DNA from: a virus
Taxonomy: Duplodnaviria > Caudoviricetes
Virus record (IMG/VR): IMGVR_UViG_3300046010_012285
Span: 6,598-70,597 of that record
Direction: 5' to 3' (one strand)
DNA length: 64,000 bases
Below the pieces are notes generated by a model that had not been told where the DNA came from, did not search any database, and worked only from the letters and a program-made list of their open reading frames with translations. Shown here piece by piece: positions 53,720 through 63,263 of this stretch (positions are counted from its first letter, which is position 1; every line of letters begins with the position of its first letter). The position numbers were made by a program, and so were the translations under genes.

Positions 53720-54731
53720 GATTGGTCATTTTTTTGACAAGCTGAAAAAAACTTGTCTTTGGCTTCCAGCTAAGTTCATTTCTAGCCAATGTAGAATCTC
53801 CAAGAAGAAGATCTACTTCTGCTGGACGAAATAGCTTTGGATCAATCATTACCATTGGAAGTCTACTATATTTATTAATAAATACTTCTTCTATGGTTCC
53901 TTTTTTGCCAAGCCACTGTCCTTCTATTCCAGCGGCTGCAAATGAAAGCTCGACAAACTCTCTTACTGTATGAGTTTCGTTTGAGGAAAGAACATAGTCT
54001 TTTGGCTTTTCCTGATGAAGCATCAGCCACACGCCATAAATAAAATCCTCTGCATCACTCCAGTCTCTTTGCGACTCAAGATTACCTAATTTAATAGGTT
54101 GAATAAAATTATTAGAATCAATAGCTTTCTTTATTTGAGCTACTCCTTTTGTAATTTTTCTAGTAACGAATTCAGTTCCTCTACGAGTGCCTTCATGATT
54201 AAATAGCCAGCCTTGAACAGCGTAAATATCATATGAATCTCTCCAGACTTTAACTATTTGTCTAGCGGATGCCTTGGATGCTCCGTATGGACTTCTTGGC
54301 CTTAATGGATGGAGTTCTGTTTGGGGGCTAAACGCTACGTCGCCAAACTCTTCTGAAGAGCCAGCATTATAATATTTGCATTTTGGGAAAAATCTTCTAA
54401 TTGCTTCAAGTTGATATAAAACAGACATACAATTAGTTTGCATATGATTTACTGGCATTTCCCAACTTGTTCCAACAAACGAGTTTGCAGCAAAATTTAT
54501 AAAATAATCTGGTTTATGATTTATGATTGCACTGTTGGTGCTTTCTGGGTCCGAAATATCTAAATCAATAAGAGTGAATCTAGGATTTGATATGTGGGCA
54601 ATATTTTTATGATTAGATACGCTCAATCTACGAATTGCGCCTAGAATTTGATAGTCCGTGTTTGCCAAAAGATAATCGGCCATATGGCTACCATCTTGTC
54701 CTGTAACTCCGGTGATAATTACTTTCTTCAT
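53700..54731 (-). CDS. gmd: GDP-mannose 4,6-dehydratase
   Basis: IITGVTGQDGSHMA, NFAANSFV, SSEEFG, PRSPYGASK, FNHEG.RRG..FVTRKI, LGNL...RDW. Confidence 0.95.
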   Translation of the reverse strand: MKKVIITGVTGQDGSHMADYLLANTDYQILGAIRRLSVSNHKNIAHISNPRFTLIDLDISDPESTNSAIINHKPDYFINFAANSFVGTSWEMPVNHMQTNCMSVLYQLEAIRRFFPKCKYYNAGSSEEFGDVAFSPQTELHPLRPRSPYGASKASARQIVKVWRDSYDIYAVQGWLFNHEGTRRGTEFVTRKITKGVAQIKKAIDSNNFIQPIKLGNLESQRDWSDAEDFIYGVWLMLHQEKPKDYVLSSNETHTVREFVELSFAAAGIEGQWLGKKGTIEEVFINKYSRLPMVMIDPKLFRPAEVDLLLGDSTLARNELSWKPKTSFFQLVKKMTNHDLEHE

Positions 54732-54733
54732 TT

Positions 54734-55336
54734 TTAATTATGAAATTTGAATATAGAAAATCCATGTCTTTCTGACAGATTTTCATATATAAGATTTGAT
54801 GTTTTTAATAGTTCTTGTCTAGTAAAATAGTTCTTAATGCATGGAATATTTACATCGTCTAAAAATATAAAATTACTCCTATTTTTTAGAATATTGAATT
54901 CATGAAAAGTTGTAAACTCGCCTCCGTCTAAAATCAAAAAATCAATTTTTTCTGGCAATTTATGTAAAATATTTGGACAGGTTGAAAGATTTAACAAATC
55001 CTGCTCTCTCCATTTAGATTTAACTTCAATTGGAAAATCAGAAAAAAACTTAGGATTTAATGAATTTAAATCAATTAATTCATCAGTGATTTTGCCTAAA
55101 AAAAGTTCAATTTGCGGGATTTTTTGGTAAAAATTTTTAGCAATTTCATGCATATCTTTATTAATTTCTAAGGAAATTAGTTTTTTATTTCTGTCCTTTA
55201 TGGCTTCATATACGCATTTTGTAGAACCCATTCCATTCCAAGTTCCAATTTCAACTATGCTAGAAACGTCTTCACGACTACAAACAGAAGCTATCCATTT
55301 ACCAGCATCAGAAGACTGTTGAATTTGACCGATCAT
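54734..55336 (-). CDS. class I SAM methyltransferase-like protein
   Basis: IVEIGTWNG and IDFLILDGG motifs. Confidence 0.7.
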   Translation of the reverse strand: MIGQIQQSSDAGKWIASVCSREDVSSIVEIGTWNGMGSTKCVYEAIKDRNKKLISLEINKDMHEIAKNFYQKIPQIELFLGKITDELIDLNSLNPKFFSDFPIEVKSKWREQDLLNLSTCPNILHKLPEKIDFLILDGGEFTTFHEFNILKNRSNFIFLDDVNIPCIKNYFTRQELLKTSNLIYENLSERHGFSIFKFHN

Positions 55337-55384
55337 AAAATTTATATTTAATATTAAATGTCTATTTGACTTTGACTACAGATC

Positions 55385-56428
55385 TTATTTTACTTTGTTG
55401 AATATTTTTTCCCAAAGAGAATAAATTGTATTTTTTCTTTTTTTGTTCTCTTCTCTCATCCTTTCGGAAACATCTTTTAAATTAATATCGTTTGTCAAAG
55501 ACTTTAAATGATCTATAGAGTCGAAAAGAATTATATTTTTCATAGAATTTTTATCTAGCCAATCACATAATTTAAAATTATGCTCTGCTGAAATTGGATC
55601 TAAAAACAAATTAAGGTCGCGAACTCCATTTGTAAAATTTGGATATGTTTTATCAAGCTTAAACCAAGAAATTTCTTCAAGAACTGAGTATGGATTTTTT
55701 TTCCATTGTTCAATTAAAAAGTTATAACTTGGCAAGAATAGTGGCATATTTGAGGCGTATCTTTCAAAAAGAGACATGACGGAATTATTATATGGTATCA
55801 TAACACATCCGCTAAACTTATAAAATTCTTCTAAGGAATAAGCTCCAGAAAATTTATAAAATTTATCTCCAGAAAGATCAAGAGACGATCTATTTCTGTC
55901 GAATAATATTTTATCATTTTCAAGGGAGCAGTTTTTATTATCATAGCCACAATAGCTTGATATGTAATAAACCTCCCTGTCTAAAGTTTTCTCCATATGA
56001 TCTTTATCTAAAAGATTATTAGAACATAAGATTATTTGTTTGTCGTCAATACCTCTTTTCAAGAATGACAAAAACCATTTCAGTTGCTTTTCGTCATTTT
56101 GAAATGGAACTTCAAATCTTATTGGGCAGTGAATGATTATTGGTTTTTGAAATTTTTCATACAAAAGGCTAAAAGAAGGGGCGTAAAAACAATAAAAGCA
56201 AGATATTTCGCTCAATTCTTCCCTGTATTTTTTATAAAAATCATCGCAAACATATGGATTTATATGCCTCCAAAGATATTTATAGTCTATAAATTTTTCA
56301 GTTTTAGATAACCCGCACAAATGAGTATGGTCAGAAAGGCTTTCTAAACGAATTTCATGACCAAGGTCTTTGCATATTTGGGCAAAGTCTCTTACTCCAA
56401 TATGACAATCTAAATTAAAAAATTTCAT
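55385..56428 (-). CDS. putative GT-B glycosyltransferase
   Basis: NLDCH, IPYNNSVMSLFERYASNMPLFLP; island context. Confidence 0.55.
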   Translation of the reverse strand: MKFFNLDCHIGVRDFAQICKDLGHEIRLESLSDHTHLCGLSKTEKFIDYKYLWRHINPYVCDDFYKKYREELSEISCFYCFYAPSFSLLYEKFQKPIIIHCPIRFEVPFQNDEKQLKWFLSFLKRGIDDKQIILCSNNLLDKDHMEKTLDREVYYISSYCGYDNKNCSLENDKILFDRNRSSLDLSGDKFYKFSGAYSLEEFYKFSGCVMIPYNNSVMSLFERYASNMPLFLPSYNFLIEQWKKNPYSVLEEISWFKLDKTYPNFTNGVRDLNLFLDPISAEHNFKLCDWLDKNSMKNIILFDSIDHLKSLTNDINLKDVSERMREENKKRKNTIYSLWEKIFNKVK

Positions 56429-57072
56429 TAATTGGTGTAAAAAACTAATTTTTCATCAATAAATAATCCATTGAAGCCATTAGAAAGTAAGTCTTGACAG
56501 AATTTACCATCTTCTTTTCTATAAAATTCAAAAGATTCATTAAATTTAACTTTTTCAAAGCATTTTTTCTTAACCGCTATATGCGCATGATGAATCGCGC
56601 TTTCGTATGATTCTGAATGAATATTTGTATTTAATGGATTTATAGCTAAATCTTTTTTAATTAAGCTTTTACTTATATCGATAGGTTTATCGTCAATATT
56701 TATTGACGAATAAGAATGAACAATAAAGTCTGGATTATGACTATCAAATAAAGTTTTTGTTATTTCTATTTTTTGAAAATGGGGTATGTCATCTATATCA
56801 AAAAATACGACAATATCTCCAGAAGCAAATGAGGCGCATATATTTCTAGCGATAGATTGAATAGTTCTTTCTAGACTATTTATATATTTTATATCTATCT
56901 TTTTACCAGCAATTTGTAAGTATTCTGTTTTGAAGTAAAGTTCGTCGTCAAAGCCGCTTGAATAAACGATTAATTCATCAGGAGCTTGCGTCTGTTTTTC
57001 TAGAGCAGAAAAAAGCTTATCTAGTAAAAAATAATCACCATCATAACAAGTTATACAAAATGACAACTTCAT
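56428..57072 (-). CDS. GT2 glycosyltransferase
   Basis: SFCITCY, ARNIC, FFDIDD, EDGKF. Confidence 0.8.
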   Translation of the reverse strand: MKLSFCITCYDGDYFLLDKLFSALEKQTQAPDELIVYSSGFDDELYFKTEYLQIAGKKIDIKYINSLERTIQSIARNICASFASGDIVVFFDIDDIPHFQKIEITKTLFDSHNPDFIVHSYSSINIDDKPIDISKSLIKKDLAINPLNTNIHSESYESAIHHAHIAVKKKCFEKVKFNESFEFYRKEDGKFCQDLLSNGFNGLFIDEKLVFYTN

Positions 57073-57725
57073 GAAATAGCTCTTTTTAAACCTTCTATGT
57101 GCTCTTGAACTGTATTATCGTTTTCGTCAAACACTTCTCCAACAAACTGGTAGCCAATTCTTTTTAATGGAAAGTTTGTTTTTTCAAAAAACTCGTCGTG
57201 GACGATCTTGTCGTTCCCCATCAAGGGATACAGTACAGATATGAAAAAATTATAATCTATACCGTAATGATCATCTTTTTTGAAATTTTTTAGTAGATCA
57301 CCAAGTCCGTATTTATTATTAGGTTTTACGCCCCACATTCCTCCAAGAATAGGAAAAGCATGAGCGGGGTGGTCTCTCATTATATGAAAAGTTTTGTCTG
57401 AACTTAACCATTCATCAACTGCGGCTTTTTCTCTTAGATTTAATCTTGAATCAGTATCTCTAAAAATTATAGCTTCGCAGTCTTTGTCTGTGCCAGCTTC
57501 AAAGCGCCAAAACATACCAGTCCAGTCCCCAGCTTCATCTTTTAAAACTATTTCACAATTTAGATTAGCGAGACTATCTATAGTTTGTTTATTAACAAAT
57601 TTAGATATGTAAAATCTACAAGTCCAGTCTGGATAAATCCTTGGCGCCAATTCGGCATTTCTTATCGCACCAACGCAATACTTTGGGTTATCCCCCCAAA
57701 GACTAAATGAGATTAGCTTTTTCAT
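57069..57725 (-). CDS. putative GT-A glycosyltransferase
   Basis: ISFSLWG...MFWRF...IFRDTDSR...HIMRDHP.H...ILGGMWG. Confidence 0.65.
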   Translation of the reverse strand: MKKLISFSLWGDNPKYCVGAIRNAELAPRIYPDWTCRFYISKFVNKQTIDSLANLNCEIVLKDEAGDWTGMFWRFEAGTDKDCEAIIFRDTDSRLNLREKAAVDEWLSSDKTFHIMRDHPAHAFPILGGMWGVKPNNKYGLGDLLKNFKKDDHYGIDYNFFISVLYPLMGNDKIVHDEFFEKTNFPLKRIGYQFVGEVFDENDNTVQEHIEGLKRAIS

Positions 57726-58461
57726 TAAAAAGATTTAGATATTTCTGTTTTATTTCTGAGCCCTCTTTAATATTTAAAGATTGAGAGTTTGTTGACAATC
57801 CATTGGGGTTATAATAATAAGATCCAACTATATCTTGTATTTTATCAAACCTTGCGCCATTATACAAGCTTCTCATCCAAAACTCAAAGTCTGCGGCTGT
57901 TGGATAGCTTGTATCGAATAATCCAAATTTATCATGTAAACTTTTTCTCCAGAAAGGCATGCAGTGAGGAGAATTGTTTTCAATCATGGTTTGGAGAGAT
58001 ACATTAAAGCATGGATAAACATCAGTAAGAGGGTTTTGTTCAAAAGTTTCGTTTGGCTTAAAGCTCCAAGCTAAATATCCATAACAAACATCGCAAAGAG
58101 GATTGTTTTCCATATATCGTGTTTGAGTCTCAATTGAATTATTTTTTCTTCTATCGTCTATGTTCCAATTGCTGAGAATTGAGCTTTTTGATAAACCGAC
58201 TCCTATATTCCAAGTTTCGTATATTGAGTATTTTTTATCTAGCTTTTTATAAATTAAACTAGGGTGTTTGTATTCTAATATTATTTTTTCGCTATTGTCA
58301 GACGAGTATGCATCAAGCAATAGAATTTCAACTTCATCTATAAATGTTTGAGAAATGGCATTCTCAAGAAACCCGTGTAAAAATTTTTCGCCGTTATAGA
58401 TAGATGTTAATATGCTTGCTCTTGGAGTTTTCATTTTTTGTAATTGCATATTAAAATTCAC
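57703..58461 (-). CDS. GT2 glycosyltransferase
   Basis: SILTSIYN, SNWNIDD, PFWRKSLH, AADFEFW; the start may be MKTPRAS. Confidence 0.82.
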   Translation of the reverse strand: MNFNMQLQKMKTPRASILTSIYNGEKFLHGFLENAISQTFIDEVEILLLDAYSSDNSEKIILEYKHPSLIYKKLDKKYSIYETWNIGVGLSKSSILSNWNIDDRRKNNSIETQTRYMENNPLCDVCYGYLAWSFKPNETFEQNPLTDVYPCFNVSLQTMIENNSPHCMPFWRKSLHDKFGLFDTSYPTAADFEFWMRSLYNGARFDKIQDIVGSYYYNPNGLSTNSQSLNIKEGSEIKQKYLNLFNEKANLI

Positions 58462-58515
58462 TTCCCCAGCCTACGGATAAAATACTTATAGACTTTCCGT
58501 TTATCATTGATCTAT

Positions 58516-59277
58516 TTATCTTGTGATATTTAGCTTTGGACAATCTATAGCCCCAACTCTATTAATAATATTAATATTTAAATTATGATTAAAAGATAAA
58601 GTTTTTGATAAAATATATTCTGGATCGCCCCAAATTTCAGAATTAAAAACTGAAGAATGTTTTAAAAAGCAACTGCTATACTTGTCCATAGAGTCAGAAT
58701 CACCAAAGGCAAATTGGTCATCCATTACACATCCTTCATATGCATTTGCATAATATATAGAGTTTTGATTTACAGATAAATCATTAAAAAAATCTAAATC
58801 TAATATTTTGTAATCTGGTCTTGTTCTAAAGACAATATCATATTTTTTGTTATTTAAAAATTCTTGATACTTTTTCAATAAATTTGCCTCATAAATTAAG
58901 AAAAACATTCTTGATGAATGAATTACTTGGCCGCTAATTAATTTGGCATTAAGGTTAAATTTTTTATCAGTTAAGTTAAAATAATTTATTGGAGAATATG
59001 TAGAGCCATAAAACCTATCATCAAATAATTTAACAAAATTAGTTTGATATATTTTTTTTATATTATTTTCATCAATGTTATTTTTTGCTAAACTAGTATC
59101 TGCAAGTCCATGTTCGCTTGACCAGCTATTTAAGGCTTCCTGTTTATCCCAAGTTGCAATAAAAATATCAACCTTTCCATGCTGTTCTAGTTTTTTTCTG
59201 AATAAATTAAAATTATCTATTAATCTATCAAAGTTTCGTAAATGTCCAGATAGACAAACTGCAATTTTTTTATTCAT
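58516..59277 (-). CDS. putative glycosyltransferase
   Basis: IAVCLSGHLR...YDIVFRTRPD...DDQFAFG pattern. Confidence 0.6.
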   Translation of the reverse strand: MNKKIAVCLSGHLRNFDRLIDNFNLFRKKLEQHGKVDIFIATWDKQEALNSWSSEHGLADTSLAKNNIDENNIKKIYQTNFVKLFDDRFYGSTYSPINYFNLTDKKFNLNAKLISGQVIHSSRMFFLIYEANLLKKYQEFLNNKKYDIVFRTRPDYKILDLDFFNDLSVNQNSIYYANAYEGCVMDDQFAFGDSDSMDKYSSCFLKHSSVFNSEIWGDPEYILSKTLSFNHNLNINIINRVGAIDCPKLNITR

Positions 59278-59708
59278 AAATGCATTCTCAAATCATCGCT
59301 ACAGACACCATATATCTGTTTAATGTTTTCGTTAAAAAATTCTTTACTAGGCATGACTAATATTCCTGTCCCTGTGTACTTATTTGGATACGCCCAGATT
59401 ATTCCTTTAGATGTTAAAGTATAGTCGTCTTCTTGGTGCCAAAAGCAGTGAATGCCCAAGTCAAGCATTTCCTCCAGCGCATATATATTTTTAGCGTGAC
59501 ACCATAACATTTCTTTATTTTTTAATAAGAAGGATTTATTTATTTGATGTTGGCTGTGATCATGACCGAGAAACCATTTTTTGTCAAAAAATCTAATATC
59601 TATTTCTACTGGAATTCCCATAGAAATAACTTTATCGATTTGCTTGATGGTGTTTTCTTTCGACGGATCTGGTCCATCAATATTACCTCTATGAGAAATT
59701 ATTAGCAT
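59274..59708 (-). CDS. glycerophosphodiester phosphodiesterase-like (PLC-like) protein
   Basis: ISHRGN...ENT...VEIDI...LGHD...CSD. Confidence 0.7.
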   Translation of the reverse strand: MLIISHRGNIDGPDPSKENTIKQIDKVISMGIPVEIDIRFFDKKWFLGHDHSQHQINKSFLLKNKEMLWCHAKNIYALEEMLDLGIHCFWHQEDDYTLTSKGIIWAYPNKYTGTGILVMPSKEFFNENIKQIYGVCSDDLRMHL

Positions 59709-59758
59709 ATTTTTCTAACCTGTTGTTTATTTAAATTTGCAATACTATTTTATTATTG

Positions 59759-60397
59759 TTAGCTATTTTTAACTATCCAAAATCTTCGGATTGCTTGCTG
59801 GAATATTTTATTTCCATTCAATTCCCAATCATATATATGCATGCCACCATTTAGACTACTGTCGGTGTACATTTTATATTGTTCGATGCCAAGACTATCA
59901 AATATATCTTCAACAAATTTTTGCGATGGATAGCCATCAATTTGGGTTAAAGACTGGTCAACTCCAATGCGATCTACTTTGAATATTTCGTTTTCAAAAG
60001 AATTAAAAATAACACTTTCCAAAAACATTAATTCGCAATTTTTAATGCAGTTTATTAAGTGTTCTGCGTGATATTTTTCTAAGTGATATAATAATCCAAA
60101 ATTAATAATTATATCAAATTTTCCATATGTCCACTCAGGAGTATCTAAATCACCTAAGATTACATTTAAGTTTGGGTAATCTCGTTTTATCTGATCAATG
60201 TTAGATTGGCGACCTTCAACAGATAGTACATTTGCCCCAAGATTACGAAAATATTCTCCGATATATCCATTAAATGGTCCAAGTTCTAAAATATTTTTTC
60301 CGCTGAAAAAATTTTCGCCGTATTTAGATATTATAAATTTTATACGATTATTTTGCCAATCTGGATGATACTCACTATTTTTGATTTTATTATTCAT
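59759..60397 (-). CDS. class I SAM methyltransferase
   Basis: ILELGPFNG, LGANVLSVEGR, FGLLYHL. Confidence 0.8.
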   Translation of the reverse strand: MNNKIKNSEYHPDWQNNRIKFIISKYGENFFSGKNILELGPFNGYIGEYFRNLGANVLSVEGRQSNIDQIKRDYPNLNVILGDLDTPEWTYGKFDIIINFGLLYHLEKYHAEHLINCIKNCELMFLESVIFNSFENEIFKVDRIGVDQSLTQIDGYPSQKFVEDIFDSLGIEQYKMYTDSSLNGGMHIYDWELNGNKIFQQAIRRFWIVKNS

Positions 60398-61754
60398 AAT
60401 TTTTCAAATAGTAATTCAAGTCTTCTGGAGTACCCAATCCCCACATCTTTTCTATGTGAAAAGTTTTAAAAATCTTTGAATCTTGTATCGCTTCATTATA
60501 AACTGGGCAGATGTAAAACTCATTATTGACGCGAATGTTCTTAATTATCATTTGCTCGGCATACTTGACATAATCACTGCCGCGCCTCCAATGATATATT
60601 CCAACAGAAGCTTTATCTGATATTGGATTTTTTTCTGCCACCTCCAATATTACTCCATAATCATCAGTTTTGCAAAAAGACCATTTGGGATGTGTCGCTG
60701 TAAATGTTAATATTCCTCCATCTATTCCATCTGCTTCCATGCTATACATAAATTTTGAAGAGTCCCATTCAACAAATTGATCGGAGTTTGCAATCAAAAG
60801 TGGGTTGTCGTTGTTTATGTATTGTTTTGCAAGAAGAGTTGTGCAAGCCGCACCATCAGTAACTGAGTCTACCTGTACTATATTGCAATTTTGAGCAATA
60901 TTATTAAGCACTGCTTCTAGATTAAATTTATCGTAATGCTCTTTTAAGACGATGAATGTATAGTTAGCTTCTACATTTAGATTTTCCACGACAAGCTGTA
61001 TCATTGCCTTTCCATTTACTTCAATTAGAGGTTTTGGGAATGTGTATCCAGCTTTTTCAAATCTACTGCCCCTGCCAGCCATTGGGATAAGAATATTTAA
61101 ATTTTTATTAGTCCATTTCATTGCTTTTGTTTTTTCTTCATTAAATTTCTTACAAAAATCTACTATATCCCCATGTTTCAATTCGTCTGGGGAGGCAACT
61201 GGAAATATCAAAGCTCCTGATCTTTCTGCGGCAAGTCTTCCGACATAAGAATCCTCTACGATTATTGTACTTTTAGGATAAGACTTGGCTACGATCATCG
61301 CCTTCAAAAATATTTCTGGACTAGGTTTTCCAGAATGAACATCTTGATTTGATATAAAAAAATCAACATATGGCATCAACCCTAATTTTAGGATTGAAAG
61401 TTTAACTGTCTCTCTTATCGAATTAGAGCAAACACAAATGGTGTAGCCAATATTTTTTATCTCTTTAAAAATTTTTATTAAAGAGTCGTCTTGTTTGACT
61501 TCATTAATAAATGTTATTGTAGCCTCTTGCTTTGCGTCCCAGACCAACTGGAATTTATCAATAGGGAGTCCTTTATTGGCATGCAAAAGTTCTAATTTTT
61601 TTTTAGTACTAAGGCCATCGTATTGCAACAAATGCTCTTTTCTGGTTATAACGTATTTTTGATCTACGTTTTTTAGTGAAGTATTTAGGGCGTTGTAATG
61701 AATTTCTTTTGCGTCTATCAAAACGCCGTCTAAATCAAAAATTATTAATTTCAT
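60390..61754 (-). CDS. HAD phosphatase fused to a sugar-phosphate nucleotidyltransferase (BcbE-like)
   Basis: IFDLDGVL, GKPSP, IVEDS; IPMAGRGSRF..GY..PKPL, ANSDQ, VAEK, GLGTPEDL. Confidence 0.88.
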   Translation of the reverse strand: MKLIIFDLDGVLIDAKEIHYNALNTSLKNVDQKYVITRKEHLLQYDGLSTKKKLELLHANKGLPIDKFQLVWDAKQEATITFINEVKQDDSLIKIFKEIKNIGYTICVCSNSIRETVKLSILKLGLMPYVDFFISNQDVHSGKPSPEIFLKAMIVAKSYPKSTIIVEDSYVGRLAAERSGALIFPVASPDELKHGDIVDFCKKFNEEKTKAMKWTNKNLNILIPMAGRGSRFEKAGYTFPKPLIEVNGKAMIQLVVENLNVEANYTFIVLKEHYDKFNLEAVLNNIAQNCNIVQVDSVTDGAACTTLLAKQYINNDNPLLIANSDQFVEWDSSKFMYSMEADGIDGGILTFTATHPKWSFCKTDDYGVILEVAEKNPISDKASVGIYHWRRGSDYVKYAEQMIIKNIRVNNEFYICPVYNEAIQDSKIFKTFHIEKMWGLGTPEDLNYYLKNYE

Positions 61755-61806
61755 TAAGCTTAATCCTCAATAATGGAAATAGAAAACCATTAATATCCAT
61801 AATAGG

Positions 61807-61834
61807 ATATTACGATTATGGCAAGGTTTGTCAA
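61807..61834 (-). promoter_or_regulatory. sigma70-like promoter TTGACA-N16-TAATAT heading the glycan island
   Basis: Read directly in the intergenic gap. Confidence 0.6.
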
Positions 61835-61844
61835 TAGCTAATTA

Positions 61845-62627
61845 TTACTCTGTAGATTCGGAGGACAAGTAATCGTAAACTGTACCAATGTAATCATCAA
61901 TTACAGTAATCTTAGCGGCAACCCATGGCTCAGTAATTTCCATGGCAGCTTCTGGATTGGCGTCGATCATTGCCATCAATTGTTCCGCTTTTCTTTTGAT
62001 TGTTGATAGGTTTTGATAAGCCATGTCAACAGCCTCTTCTTGATAGTCGATCATGTCTTCGTTCTCATTCTCGACTTCTGGGGCTTCAGTTAAGCTTGGA
62101 TTCTGATTAATGAGATTCTGCTGCTCATACATGTCCTCCATGTCCATCACATCCATCATCTCTTGACCGAGGGAGCCCTTGGTGACTTGAGTTACAGATT
62201 TACCGCCTTCCCACATTCTGCAACTCCAATAGCGAGCTTTCCATTTTGGACCGGGATTGGTATCGCACTGATGGCGAGCGCGGAAATTTTTGCGTCTTTC
62301 TGGATCATCACGTTTGATCTCCATATTTGGATCACCAAACTTAACCATGACAACATTGCCCTTGGGATTCTTTACATATACGCCGAATTTCTTTTTTGAG
62401 CCAGAAGGAAGGCGGAACGGTTTATTCAGAGTTTTCTTTTCTGCTTCTGTATATGTAAGCTCAATAGATGCCTGAGCTTTTTCCCAAGCTTGTTTGCTTG
62501 GGCGCTCAGGAGAACCGGGCTTGGCTGCGCGATAGTTTTTGCCCATTCTTTGCTTCTTTTTTCTAATATTGTCCCAAAGTCCAGATTTTGAAATTTCGGA
62601 TATTTGTTCTGAAAAGTCTAGTTCCAT
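61845..62627 (-). CDS. modular phage protein, possibly an internal head protein
   Basis: Start set at MELDFSEQ; modules GLWDNI..KK, KTLNKPF...RARHQC...YWSCRMW and EPWVAAKIT..DY. Confidence 0.65.
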   Translation of the reverse strand: MELDFSEQISEISKSGLWDNIRKKKQRMGKNYRAAKPGSPERPSKQAWEKAQASIELTYTEAEKKTLNKPFRLPSGSKKKFGVYVKNPKGNVVMVKFGDPNMEIKRDDPERRKNFRARHQCDTNPGPKWKARYWSCRMWEGGKSVTQVTKGSLGQEMMDVMDMEDMYEQQNLINQNPSLTEAPEVENENEDMIDYQEEAVDMAYQNLSTIKRKAEQLMAMIDANPEAAMEITEPWVAAKITVIDDYIGTVYDYLSSESTE

Positions 62628-62628
62628 A

Positions 62629-63246
62629 TTATTCTTGTTCGTCTTGTGGTTCATATACTTCGTTCATTTCTTTAGTGGAAATGTTTGAATTTGAAAGGTC
62701 AAATGAGGCGATGATTAATTCCACATCTTCGAAATCAATTGACGCTGTTGATTCGTCTGTGATGCTTTTCATTTCATAGCTATCCGCTTTTGCTATATCT
62801 TGATCGGCGGCTCTGTACGCATCTTTAACTTTGCCGCCAGCCATCATTTTCAAAAACATGTTTACGCGAGCCATTGCCCATTGACCGCGACTTTTACCCG
62901 GTCTGCTAGATCCAGAGAAGGCTCCTGCCCCTCTTCTGTATACTTTTTTTAGCTGAGAAAGCGTTACTTTCTTTGAGTATTTTTTATTATGCTCTTGCAC
63001 TTTTTTTCTTAAAGCTTCTGTGACTTTTTCGCTGAAAGTGATAGCGGCTTTTACTACTTTTTTATCGTCTTTTCTTTTAAGTGCTTTTTCGGCTTTTTCT
63101 TTGGCGTCTGGGGATGTGCCAGCAGAACCAGGTTTATTTTTTGGAGATCCCTTCAGCCTGTCCTCTGGTTTAGCCGGTGTTTGAGCTGCGCTTCTTGGGC
63201 CAGATCTTTTTCTAGCCAAGATCTTTTCAGAAAAATCAAGTTCCAT
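62629..63246 (-). CDS. modular phage protein, possibly an internal head protein
   Basis: MELDFSEK start; LKKVYRRGAGA...RPG...QWAMARVNMF module. Confidence 0.65.
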   Translation of the reverse strand: MELDFSEKILARKRSGPRSAAQTPAKPEDRLKGSPKNKPGSAGTSPDAKEKAEKALKRKDDKKVVKAAITFSEKVTEALRKKVQEHNKKYSKKVTLSQLKKVYRRGAGAFSGSSRPGKSRGQWAMARVNMFLKMMAGGKVKDAYRAADQDIAKADSYEMKSITDESTASIDFEDVELIIASFDLSNSNISTKEMNEVYEPQDEQE

Positions 63247-63257
63247 AGTATTGTTAT

Positions 63258-63263
63258 TTACAC
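63258..63263 (-). promoter_or_regulatory. GTGTAA motif, 11 nt before ATG 63246
   Basis: Read directly. Confidence 0.55.
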
